64,000 nt of DNA, taken from NCBI GenBank assembly GCA_046563655.1, contig CM102289.1, positions 6,014,001-6,078,000 on the forward strand, given 5' to 3'. Under the pieces are notes generated by a model, which was given only the letters and a program-made list of their open reading frames with translations, searched no databases and had not been told where the DNA came from. The stretch is from Yuukianura sp. NJ FZ-2021. Lineage: Eukaryota. Made by a program: the position numbers and the translations under genes. Below are positions 38,196-52,937 of the stretch, piece after piece (position 1 is the first letter of the stretch; each line of letters starts with the position of its first letter).

Positions 38196-39747
38196 ATGAA
38201 GGTAAGTAACGGTTGCATAAAGATTTGGAGTTGCATGGAGAATTACTAATTCTTTTCTTGTGTATTTAACAGTTGAACGTAGCTATCCCTTCTACGGGAG
38301 CTCAGAAGGTTTTTGAAGAACATGATGAGCATAAGCTTCGTATCTTCTACGAGAAACGTATGGGAGCCGAAGTGGAGGCTGATACTTTGGGAGATGACTG
38401 GAAAGGATATGTCCTCCGTATCACCGGTGGAAATGACAAGCAAGGATTCCCAATGAAACAAGGAGTCCTCACAAACGGTATGTTTTGTGCATGAACATAC
38501 TATTAGAATAAGTCACAGTCCAAGCTCCAGATTAAGAGTATCCTATACCTAGTTTGGTGACGATGACTGTAAAATCAATATGGTATTCATGCTATACCTG
38601 TTCTCTAATTTTCGAGTTCCGGCACGTTGAAGTACCGACAACGATACGACTTGCATTAAAGTGTTAATCAGATTGGATTCCGACGAGGATTTTGATTCCA
38701 TATGATATGTTGTTGTACAGGTCGAGTCCGCCTGCTGTTATCGAAAGGCCAATCTTGCTATCGTCCTCGTCGTACTGGGGAGAGGAAACGTAAATCTGTT
38801 CGTGGATGTATCGTTGATGGAGCGCTTAGCGCCCTTTCTCTTGTTGTAGTTAAGAAGGGAGAAAAGGTGAGTTATTTTATTAAGCGAAATTCATTTGAAG
38901 TTCTAGTTGACTCGTGATACTATACAGTTCCAGCTCCATGTACGATTATACCACATGCGTAACATGGCGTTTATAACTGTAAAATTAAAAAATATTAACC
39001 CTAAAACACCATCGAATTTCTTGTAAATTGTTGGCACCTGGAGTTACTTACACCTAAACAAAGAACAACTTACATTATATGATTGATGAATGATGGACCA
39101 TCTTAACGAAATGCAATTTTTGTTTAGGAAATCGCTGGATTAACCGATGTCACCGTTCCACGACGACTTGGACCTAAGCGAGCATCTAAGATCCGTAAAC
39201 TCTTTAGTTTGTCAAAGGAAGATGATGTTCGACAGTACGTTATCAAACGACCACTTCCACAGAAGGAAGGCAAGAAACAGCGGTTCAAGGCCCCCAAGAT
39301 TCAACGTCTCATTACCCCCGTCATGCTTCAGGTATTTATCAGTGACAAATTGAACTTAATTTTTCTTTAGTCCCACACCACAGGCAACTCCAGTCACAGA
39401 TCAAGTTGACTTCTAGTGTTCAGTAGTGTGGGAAAATAAATCACCGAAAGATTTAAAACTTTCCTGTCCTTTGGATGGATTGTTTTAGTGTACCGGTGAA
39501 ACATTAACATGACACTTGGAACACACATTTGATACTTATAAAGCCGAATGTTTGTTGTTTATAGCGCAAGAGACATCGCGTTGCCCTCAAGCGCCGTCGT
39601 GCCGAGAAGAGGAAGCACGAAGCAGCCGATTACGCCAAACTCCTCGCCCAGCGACAGAAGGAAGCCAAGGAAAGGAAACAACTGGAAGCTAAGCGAAGAC
39701 GTTCAGCGTCCATGCGGGAATCAAAAACATCCGTTTCCAGTAAATAG
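38196..39747 (+). CDS. RPS6: 40S ribosomal protein S6, 247 aa
   Basis: Exons 38196-38201, 38273-38477, 38721-38866, 39128-39331, 39565-39747. Motifs [40 protein letters not shown] and the C-terminal [10 protein letters not shown] phospho-motif. Confidence 0.98.
38513..38643 (+). ncRNA. Box H/ACA snoRNA in RpS6 intron 2
   Basis: Hairpin (ACAGTC/GACTGT), H box AAATCA at 38572-38577, second hairpin (GGTATTCA/TGAAGTACC), ACA at 38638-38640 plus 3 nt; ~130 nt long. Confidence 0.75.
38921..39055 (+). ncRNA. Box H/ACA snoRNA in RpS6 intron 3 (predicted double 28S guide)
   Basis: Hairpin (TACAGTT/AACTGTA, CCATGT/ACATGG), H box AAATTA at 38982-38987, second hairpin, ACA at 39050-39052. Both pockets are complementary to conserved 28S motifs with 14-nt spacing. 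Confidence 0.85.
39369..39506 (+). ncRNA. Box H/ACA snoRNA in RpS6 intron 4
   Basis: Hairpin (TCCCACAC/GTGTGGGA), H box AAATAA at 39434-39439, second hairpin (TCACCG/CGGTGA, TAAAAC/GTTTTA), ACA at 39501-39503 plus 3 nt. Confidence 0.8.
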
Positions 39748-39945
39748 ACACCCCATTTGTCTTGTTCTTTTTACATCCAGAAAATAAATGGTAATCGTTT
39801 TTGGCTCTTAATTCTTCGTAAACGAAACAAAAACGATGCAGTATCTTTTATTTTCCTTTATTACAGTACTTGAATTTAATTTCTTTTGAATCTTAACTTT
39901 ATCCAGAATCCACCTCCAGCATTTTCTGAATGTGCTGTTGCACAA

Positions 39946-42899
39946 TTACCAGTTTGGAGGATACGGCGGAGGTTGCATATAATTCTGTTGTTGTTGTTGC
40001 TGCTGTTGTGAATAATTTTCGTTCATTTGCTGTTGGTAGTACGACGGATACTCTTGCGTTTCATAATAATAGTTTGGATTCCTGAACTGTTGTTGCAGGG
40101 CAGCAAAATGGTCGGAAAGTTGTGCTTGGCTGAACTGAGCCATTGGATGATGCACTTCCTGTTGGAATCCAGCCATACTTGGCATCTGTCCTCCCATCAT
40201 TCCCAAATTGGCGCCATGTACTTGTGGATTCCCTTGATTTTGCGACGACATGAAATTGGCAATCATCTCTGGCGGAATTCTGCTCATGTCAAATCCTGGT
40301 CCACCTCCAGTTCCCGTCGCTCCAAAAACGGATTGGATTTTGGTCAGAACTTCTGGACTAAGCGATTCCTTCAATTGTCTCAAAGCATTTTGGTCAGTAG
40401 ATTCCAGTATGTTTTTAAACTGTGTCATGTTGGGGCTACCATCTCCACTGGACATTGTCATCTGCGTGTCCATTGGCATTGGTGGAGAGCCTCCTGGCAT
40501 TTGCGACTGCGCAAATTGTGGATTCTGTTGAAAGAAGGATCGAGCATAAGCCAGTTCATTTTCAATTGGAAACTGCGTAAAAGGATTGTTGACAAGAGCG
40601 GGAATTTTGCGATTGACAAATTGCATAAAGAAATCCTTGGCTTGTGGAGGAGCTTGTTGCTGCATTGGCATTTGTGGTACTGCAAACTGCGTCTGCTGTG
40701 TATTGTAGCCTTGCATTCCTTGGGCAGCATATTGGGCCTGGAATTGCAGCGTTTGTTGTTGCCTTTGCTGCTCCTGAGCAAGCGCTTGTCCAACAATTTG
40801 GTCTTCAACGAGAACCCACTGAGGGTAGGGATTCAAGTTGAGATTTCCAAGTTGTTCTTGAATTTTTTCAACCTCCGTTTTGGTCATGCGCAAATTGTAT
40901 TCCGTGTGAGAGTCATTCAGTTGCCTCAGATCTGTCAATTTGGTCAGGAGCTGAAAAATTCAAAATGAAAAGACATTTCGAAATTTTGACATTTCAAGAA
41001 TATTTTACCTTTGGGAAAGTTTTTGCTCCTTTTGGACCGTAGCGCCATTCGACATACTTCTTGAGTAAGAGCAGATACTTGTCTTGGACTTGACTGATGT
41101 ACTGCTGATTTTCCAGTGTACCGCGTTCCGGATAGAAGAGAACGACCAGCAGCAGAATCATCACGGTAGCTTCATCTGCACCCAATTCCTGCATTCCGTT
41201 TATAAACTGCATGTGCATGTCATAGAGATCTTTGGAAACTAGTTTTTCCATGTCTTCAACCTAAAAAAAAGTCAGAAATATGTTTGTTTTTGTGTTTTTA
41301 GAATTTTTGTGATGTTAAACATGTCTTTTTTTTTGGAACTCACGCGAAGTTGTGGACAATCTTTGAGGAAAGTCAGTTTCTCAGTGGCTGGCCATCGATT
41401 GTTTTTCATATCAAATGAAAGTGCTCCACGCAACAAGCACATTTCAAGGACGCTGGCCCTGAGCAGTGTACTTTGATCTGGAATGGACAGATGAGTAAAT
41501 TCGGGCAAAAGTTTTGTAAAGTAAGCAAAACGACGCAGAATCGTTGTGAACATTTGAATAATCTCGATTGTGTTGCGACTTCCTTGGCAGTGCGACACTC
41601 GAAACGGAATTTCACGATACGAATGCTGATACTTGTTGACAATACACTCAATTTCGTCTTTTTCTTCAACTGTCATGTAGTTTAGCATTTCATTAACGTC
41701 TGGTTCGTATTCCTTCTCTGCAGCAACTTCCGGTTTCTTTTCTTTCCTAAATTCAAAAATTCTTTAAGGTTTTGATGAAGTTTTAAAGTGGAAATTTTTA
41801 AACTCATAGAACTTACTTTTGAAGTTTAAGTTGATTTCGTTCCTCCTCGCCCATGACCCATTTCGTTTCCATTCCGATTGACAAGCATTTTTGAAATCGA
41901 CAGAACTGACATCCTTTTCGTGACGCTTTGTCCACGGGACAGTGACGATCGTAAGCACAACGGAAAGCTGCATGTGAATCATTGTGAACTGCTCGGCGGA
42001 AGAAAGCTTTACAACTGTCGCAGGACAGTCCACCAAAGTGGAAACTTTTTGCAATGTCACCGCAAACGCCGCAAATCTAAAATTAATGCAAACTTTTCTC
42101 AGTTTCAGCCAATCGTTTTAAAAAAAAATTCAATTTTTTTTTGTTTTTTGATACCTTCTTTCTCTGATTCGTCGTTTTCTCTATCTCTTCCGTTCCGGTT
42201 GAAGAAAGTTTGTTGCTTTGCTCTGGCTGATGTTGTTCTTGTTCCTCTTGATTATCTGTATCTTCCTTCGCTTCTGCAAGTAAAAAGAAGTTTCTAGTCA
42301 ATATTAAAATACAAAATTTTTTTTTTTTTGGAAAAAATATTCCCTTAGGTCACAAATTAAAACCAATTTTTCTCACATGAAAAAAAAATCTTACTTTTTG
42401 TGAACATTATTTTCAAAAAATTCCAAAACAAACAGCCTTTACATAAATCCCGTTCCTCGTTACGAAAGAGAGTGAAAGCTAAAGTGGAGTGGCAGAGTGG
42501 CAAACGACAAACGCTGTAAAAAGCTTCTGGAGAAAGCAGTAAAAGTGAAAATGTGGAGCAACAAGTGATTGATTCCTTGCTGTTGCCAAGCAATGTGAAA
42601 CCAAAAAAATAGCACTGAAATAACATTTCCAGGGAAAAACTTAACGAGGCGAAGTGGAAACTAAGCAACGGAGAGAAAAGTGTGATTCTTTCTCCATCTC
42701 TTCCAAAAATTGATCAAAATCTAAACAGCGTAAGTGCATTACAGCTAAAAACAATTCAGCTTTAGTTTAGCGTGTCAAAAAAAAATCGCTTACCTTGTTC
42801 GGTTCTGTTGTTAGAACTGACTTTGTTTAGTACTTCTCCGTTGACTTTTGGATTCGAAGTGCTGCTGACCCCAGAAGATGATGAATCTGCTTCAAACAT
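39946..42899 (-). CDS. NR1-group nuclear receptor (HR97/HR96-like), 714 aa, with long Q-rich C-terminal extension
   Basis: Exons 42899-42794, 42273-42155, 42076-41817, 41746-41344, 41260-41009, 40950-39946. DBD ICGVCGDIAKSFHFGGLSCDSCKAFFRR...CQFCRFQKCLSIGM; LBD FTKLLPEFTHLSIPDQSTLLR..VLEMCLLR. Subfamily assigned from recollection of the CDSCKA P-box in HR97. Confidence 0.9.
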
Positions 42900-43642
42900 T
42901 ATTTCTTCCAAAATCCCGTTTTTCTTTAGACAAAGAGGTCACGGAGTCCAACAGGTCCAAAAAATTTGAAGTCCTGCCCTTGCTCGTGAAAATTTTGAAA
43001 TGAAATGAGCAATCCCTGGAAAATGTTGTTCATGAACAACACAAAAAGAGTAGTTTGCAAGGTTTTCAATTTTTCTGGATGACACACTGCTCTTGAGCCT
43101 TCAGGACGCAGCTCTACACTACATCTGAAAATGGACAAAACAAGTTTTTACATACCATAAAAAGGGAAACAAGAAACAAATCATTGAAATTTTTTTCACA
43201 TACCTGTAATTCACTCTCCTTAGAACTTAATTACTAAGAGTTGCATGTCCTTGAGAACCACTTGAGCAAATATATTACTTCACTCAAGGTGTGGTTCACG
43301 TCACTGGAATCTTCAAACCGGAGATCCAGTTTCCTTGGATCTTGGGACTTGAAGATCACAATGACTCGAAATACCCAATTCCTGGAAAATCCTATTTTTC
43401 CAAAAGGCTTTTCCGAAAACATGAGAAAATTATAAGCCTTGAGATTTTATTTCCCTTCTGTGTAATAGACATGTACCTCTGTCCAAAATTCTCATAAATT
43501 ATATAATTTTCTATAACTTTTGTTTTGTAATTAGTAGATGAATTGAGAGGCTAATTAAGCAGTTCAAGTACGGGGGGAGTATGGGAATGTTAAGTAAATA
43601 TTGATACACAACAGCTAGATTAAGTTACCTAAAAATTGTTCA

Positions 43643-46489
<2,847 letters not shown>

Positions 46490-47933
46490 CTTGTCTTGTG
46501 TTTGCAAAAAAATTGCAAGGAAAATTACAGGTGATGAACCTGAACGCTGAATATCGATGTGACCAAGGTCAAGCTATCCGAGGGTGCACCTTGTTTTGGA
46601 TACCCGAAGTTGAAGAACTGCAGACAATGACAGTGACAACGAAAGCCAGATCTAATTTATAAACAAATCAGCCGACGAATCAACAAATGCATTCAATCTG
46701 ATTAGTGTAAGTTAGGGATTACATTACCTTCCTGGGGTCTTCAGTGCGATGTCCAGCCAAATGTCAAACAAATTCAATTGACGTGGCAGACCAAAGCCTT
46801 CTTAAGTTTATGTTCTTTTCCATTGCATTGCAAATCCCATATCTTTTCCATCTCCCAATGCAAAAGGAAAAGAAAAACAAGCCAACCGGCGAACCACCCG
46901 GTCCAAAATAAGTAACTTTTACTGCAACCGCATTTTGAAAATCTCGCTTTCTTTTCTGTCAAAGTATAATTTACTTTTAGAAAAAATTACGACAATAGCA
47001 GATACCAAAACCAACGTTAACCAACATTGAAATTTAAGTTGGCATTTAATTAGAATTACGGTATTAGCTAACTACTAATTTATAAATTTGTACCGTAGAT
47101 TTCCAAATAGTACACCCTTCCTAATTATACAGTCTTCCTATGGCAAGTTGCACCACAACACACCCGCCTCGCTCCCCACCCACACCTATTTAATAGTAAT
47201 CAAATCAGGCATGACATAACTTTTAGAAACTTACGGTATTTAATTTGTAAATTGTAATTACTTTGAACATGACTTAAATGAGCTGATGAAATATATAATT
47301 TTATTAGAATAATTAAGTGACCATACATCAGAACTTTTTCAGACACAGGGACTCACTGACTCTTAAGTTATTTTACAGAAATAAATTGCAGTAATTGGAA
47401 TAATTGAAATAATTCTTATGCTTTTTTGACTAATTCACTTTCATGACGCTGACATTTAACAATGTAGTAATTACTCTATTCTAGCACACACAAGGTCATG
47501 TTATACAGAACTTAAGCGATTATCCAGAGCAGCTGTGTAGTAATCCCAATCCCAATGACTAATAAGACTAACTTATGCAAGCAGCAACAACTCGGCTACT
47601 AAAGGAATTAAGATTTAAGTTATAACGCCTTAAACTAATCTGTCTTATCAGTCAAGATATTTAGAAGTTTCCTTAACTGTGTTAGTATGACTGTGGTCTA
47701 TATAATTTTGAAGTGTGTTGAAATGCCTAGTTCTACGTTGTGGGCGAGAGTGTCAAATAATTGAAACTCGGCAACTCAATGTTATTATTACGTTTATACA
47801 AATGTAAATTGCCTTGCTTACTGACTGCTGCAGTGTTGCGTGTATAAATTAGCTCTCATTTTGTTAACCTCACTTTTTCATTTCCATTGTCATTGAGACG
47901 ATGTCGTCCTGAGTTGATTCAGTTCAATCCAAT

Positions 47934-49615
47934 TCAGTATCTGGGAGCATTGTTAGCAGTTGAATTGTTTCCACTGGACATCTGAGCTCTAATGGCCTCA
48001 GAAGCAATGTTAGTGGCTGCTCCTTGAACATGCTCGTTTCGCATCACCGTTCCCGCAAACTCCTGTTGAGCTTTGGCAAAGCTGGCTCCAGTGCTACGAT
48101 ATATTGAATGAACCTATAAAATGACAGTAAAAGGAAAATGAGAATCCAAGTATCACATTTTATAACCCACTTCCAAAACTTACTCTCATAATAAGAAGAA
48201 AATCAATCACTGCAGTGGCAAGGAATCCCAAGCCAATGAGCAGCATAACAATTCCAAGGATTATGTTCCCTGCACCACCTTCATTGATTGTCTCAACTGC
48301 TTCTATCATTCCGCTAGTTAAAAAAAAACAGTAAAACGTAATAATAATGAAATTGTGACGATGTAAGATATAAAGTTTAAACTTATGTTTTACCTCGTGC
48401 TGGAAACAAAGATAGAGAATGCCAGAGCAGCGACACATTGGGCGAAAAATACAAAAAAGAACACCATAAAATTGAAAGAAGAGTCCGATCTGAAATTAAA
48501 AAAATAAACGTCAATTTTTTCCTTCGCATCAGAGCTAACTCGGTTTCCGACTTTAATATGATCAAGAGCACAAAACTTACTTGAATGCTTTATAAGCCGG
48601 TCTGAACCAGCAGATATACGATGCCGGTATGAAGACGACCAGAAAAATAAGAGAGGCAAAGAAATCTTTCAGTTCACCGTGTGTCACCAGTCGTACGAAT
48701 TGTATCACAAAGTTGGCTAGAAGGAGACTGGAGTTCATGATCCAGGCGTAGTAGAGGTAGCGAACGATTCGCTGAAACTAAACAATTGAACGTCGAATAT
48801 TGAGTGGAATGAGTCGAAAAACAAAACTGACTGACGGGTTCATACCTCTACGGGAATGTCAACATTAATGTCCTGATAGAAGCAAGGTTGAATAGGAATT
48901 GCCTGTGGAAGTGGCGGCCAATTGTTCTTCCGAGCTGAAAATGACCAGTTGAATCGTCACGAGCTGCGATCATAAGATTATTATAGAAGTTTTAGTTTTT
49001 ACCATTCAAAGGAGCGTTGTTCAGTTCAGCCTCTCTCCGCTCCAGCTCTCTTGCTTTCCTTTCCAGCTCCTCCTGTCGTCGCTGCAGTTCTGCCGTTGAA
49101 ATCGGCGCCGCTTTCTGTTGCCCATACGGCGGTGGATTATCCACTGTTGGAGACATAACTGCAGGGGACCTTGATTGGTCAGTTGTACCGATTCCACCAT
49201 AATGTGGAGGATTTGAAGCTCCTCTCACCGCCTAAAACAAATAAGCGTTTCAGTCGTCATTTTTGTTGTACGAATTAATACGAAAGTATTGTAACCAAAC
49301 GCTAAAGATCTACAATTGAAGTAACAAAGTGAGTATAGTTTTACTGGATCCACTCCTTCCTGAGTGGGAATTTGTACCGTAGTTGGTCTCTGTGGTCCAT
49401 CGTCAAACGGATTGTAATCTTCTAAATCATTCGCTCCTCCAGCGGGTTTCTTTGCCTGTTGGGCTGACGGGTCCTAAGAACAGTAAAATACTTTCTCAAA
49501 ATTCTATTCCATCAATATTACATTATAATTAAAGTTGCAATGACGATAGTGTGAAGTGTGACTCACTCACCTGAAATGGACTGTCACCAAATGGATTATC
49601 ATCAAACCCGGACAT
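47934..49615 (-). CDS. SCAMP: Secretory carrier-associated membrane protein
   Basis: N-terminal NPF motifs ([14 protein letters not shown]), coiled coil [34 protein letters not shown]-peptide [33 protein letters not shown]. Eight GT-AG-linked exons. Confidence 0.95.
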
Positions 49616-50215
49616 TTCTAACCGCAATGCCTTAAATTAACACTGTTTTTTATCAATTCAAGAAGGGCTTCTCCTACAGAAAATACTAAATTAGAAAACA
49701 ATTGACAATCAATGACCTTTCTGCCCTTCGACTATGAAAGTAAATGTTCAATCGAAAAGTAATGACGATGACTAATCGGCATTCACACTACGATTGCGCT
49801 GCCCCTTGATTTGTTCGAGATAAAAGGACGTTGAGGAAACAACAAATGGATGTCTGATAAGTTAATTACCTTTGAAGTATTCAGTGGGTTGACCGTGGTA
49901 AATCAAGAGATTAATCGAGTTACGTCAACACGAGAAAGATACGATGTCAACCAATTACCGTTGTTGCAAAATCGCTCCGAGTTTCGTACCGTCTGTCCCC
50001 GATCACCGATTAGCATTAGCTTTGAATTGGCAAAAAAGGGAGTCAAAGGAGGAGGAGAAATAAAAACAGTATCTGTTAGTCAGACCTGCCACCCTCAACT
50101 CATATGGGCACACACAAATATCTGGCATGGGCACCACATTTTATTATAAACTTTATTTAAACTTATAGTAAATTGCGCATAATTACCATCTTAATTAATT
50201 CTAACATAAACTTAA

Positions 50216-51297
50216 TTATGGAATACTGACTTTAAGTGGAGTGGTCGTCCAGAGCCTTTTATGTCGCAAGTATTCCTTGGATTTTCTAAACAGCGAATCC
50301 GTTCCGTGGAGCCGATCTAACCATCCCGATACTCCAAAGTTATAATTAAATCTGAAAGATAAAAATTAATCATGTAATAAACAATTAAAATTTATAGATT
50401 AATAAAAATTTTACTTGAGATGATGAAAGTCATGGAATTCTGGAGATACGAGTCCAGGCAAATGGAATCCACTGTGTACTGTCAACGTTTCATAAGTGAC
50501 GTACATAGCATAGAGCCAGAGTAGAGCAGTATGAGACTGCAGAATTGTTGGGCCTGCGGGAAATTTAAATTTTCAAATAAGTTCCAGCGACGACAGTCAC
50601 AACAACATAGCGAAACTTTTTTTTTTGTATCAAAGCTTGCCTAGAATGAGCGGGAAAACGTTGCTAATGACATGTTCAACCGGATGGGCATATGTAGCTG
50701 CAATGGCTACTGGCGACGTCCACGTATGATGCTTCTTGTGAATGTGTTTGTACAACAAAGGATGATGAAGAAGACGATGCGAGTAGTAGAAGCTGACTTC
50801 GCGGCAAAGAATAAAAAAGAAAAACGAAAATACACCGTAGGAAAAACTTGGCAGTTCGCGCTCAAAAATGCGGCCGGTCGATTGGTTGTACTTGAAGGCT
50901 AGGATAGCCAATGGGATCACGAGAAGCTCATTCAAAAGAACAACTTGCATGAGGTCAATGAACTGGGCCCTCGAAATCTGAAAGAAAATCATAAGCTGTT
51001 TTAGTGATCAGTTCATTTCCCGCGATAGTTCAAAACACAAGAAGAAAAGTGCGTAGAACTTTGTTACTTCAACTGCGCCTGCGTAACACTTACTGGATAA
51101 GACTTGACATTCTGCACTCTGTACTTGAGCATAAATTTTGGCCATCCAGTGACATCTACAATCGTATAGAGTCCTCCAATTCCCCAGTACATACAAAATG
51201 ACACCAGGAATGTTCCCCAGACGTTGACATTGAAATCGTCGTTCCCAAAAAAGTCAAGGACGCTGTCCCATTGCCTCTGAGCCCACGAGTCTTCCAT
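50216..51297 (-). CDS. FAXDC2: Fatty acid hydroxylase / sterol desaturase superfamily protein (FAXDC2-like), paralog A
   Basis: Histidine boxes [48 protein letters not shown]. Four exons; intron 2 is GC-AG. Confidence 0.9.
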
Positions 51298-52234
51298 TGT
51301 TTAGAAATTCAAAGCAACTTATTCCAAAAGTCAAAAGTTTTGTGCACTCTGCCGAGCATATACCAAAAATTATCCACAACCTTCTCCACTTTCAATCTAA
51401 ACAAAACTGGTAGTTTGGCTTGATGTAGCCACTCAAAATATATAATTTACGTTACTCCAGCTCCTATATTCTTCGTTGAAGTTCTAAATTTCAAGGTAAC
51501 TTTTTTATTACAGGGTTTTCCCTAGGTCGCTATTTCGCCTGCTTTGGAAACAAAAACTTGAATTCTACATTACCGTTAGCGTTTATATCTAATCGATTTT
51601 CCCTTGTGGACTTTTATTGTAGGCTCAAGTGAGACAAGTGGTTTAAATGGGTGCTGCAATCACTAAAAAAAGTACAATTTCTAGTGATTTCATACATACT
51701 TTAATACATTTACGAAGGTCAATCCATGAACCTCACCCCGTCACCTTGGTCAAAAATAAAGGTCATGCGGATAACATCTTAATCGAAACTGCGTTGTAAA
51801 AGATGGTCAAGGATTTATGTGTTCAGATGAAGCCAAGTATAGTTTAATTGAAATGAGATGAATAAATTTATACATCGTCGATTCAATTTATCAATTTAAA
51901 CTTCAAGGCCATTTTATCCGTAAAAACGCGTCCGGTTCATAGCTCGGTTAACAATTGATGCTGACCTATGTTTGGTAGGCTTCGCATAAAAAGAATCTTC
52001 GTTAATTAGCAGCGTACCAAAAAAAAGTCAAAATTAAAATTGTATGGATCTGTTTACTATGAAGTGTCAAAACAATTAGGAATTTTAATTGTGACATTTC
52101 TTATGTACCTCCTTGTGGTTTCCCGTTGAAAGTAATTTTGCGGCGAAACATTGTTGTACGTTTCATTTGTACACTTTAGAAATTAAAGATTCCAGCGTAG
52201 CGTCAAAACCGTGCAACTTAAGATTTGTTTCATT

Positions 52235-52696
52235 ATGAGGTTATTGCTTCTTCTGCTCTGTTTAGTAGGAACTTTTACTACAATTTTGGAAGGTATGATG
52301 AATTGTAGAACTTATAACTTATTTAGCTTCGGAATAACATTATATTAGGTAAACTAAATTGCATGTAATGTTAAATTCTGATAGAAAATACTTAATTCCG
52401 TAGTGGCTTCTGAAACCATTTGCGAGTTTGGACAACGGACATGCGGTGATAAATGCTACACTCCATTTTCTCAAAAATGTCATCTGGGTGACGTCGTTTG
52501 TGAAGCAAATGAAAAAGTTTGCGGAAAAACGTGCTACGGCGCATTTGAATCCAAAAAATGTCACCGCCCCAGTAATACTCTTTGTGATTTCATGGAAGAG
52601 GTCAACTCCAACAATAGGTGCTACAACCCGGTAAGATTTGGATGGAATGGTGCTAATAACTTTTGTATATAGCAATTGAAATTTTTTCAAATTTGA
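52235..52696 (+). CDS. Small secreted protein with tandem Cys repeats (C-x6-CG-x2-CY-x6/7-C-x5/6-C)
   Basis: Signal-peptide exon 52235-52292 (MRLLLLLLCLVGTFTTILE) splices in phase to 52404-52630. The 3' end is uncertain: either a 42-nt intron to a stop at 52696, or read-through to 52672. Confidence 0.75.
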
Positions 52697-52937
52697 CAAG
52701 TGTGTTTTAAAAATAGACAACTGCAGTAATCGATGTTTCCTACATTAAGTCCAGCTTACAATATTTTTATACGTTAAAGATTTCCAACGTATTGCACATG
52801 ACAATGACAATTATTAGCATAAATTGGGTTTTGCATGGTTAGATTTGTTGCATTGCATTAGTTAATACAAATTATTTTCAACTTAGGACTTAGTTTTTAG
52901 CAGTTTAGAAACAATTTATGAAGCTAAAAGAACAAGT

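Noticed and set aside
40027..40968. 313-aa plus-strand ORF
   Set aside because: Antisense shadow of the Q-rich last exon of the nuclear receptor (CAA/CAG read as Leu-rich TTG/CTG); no independent signals.
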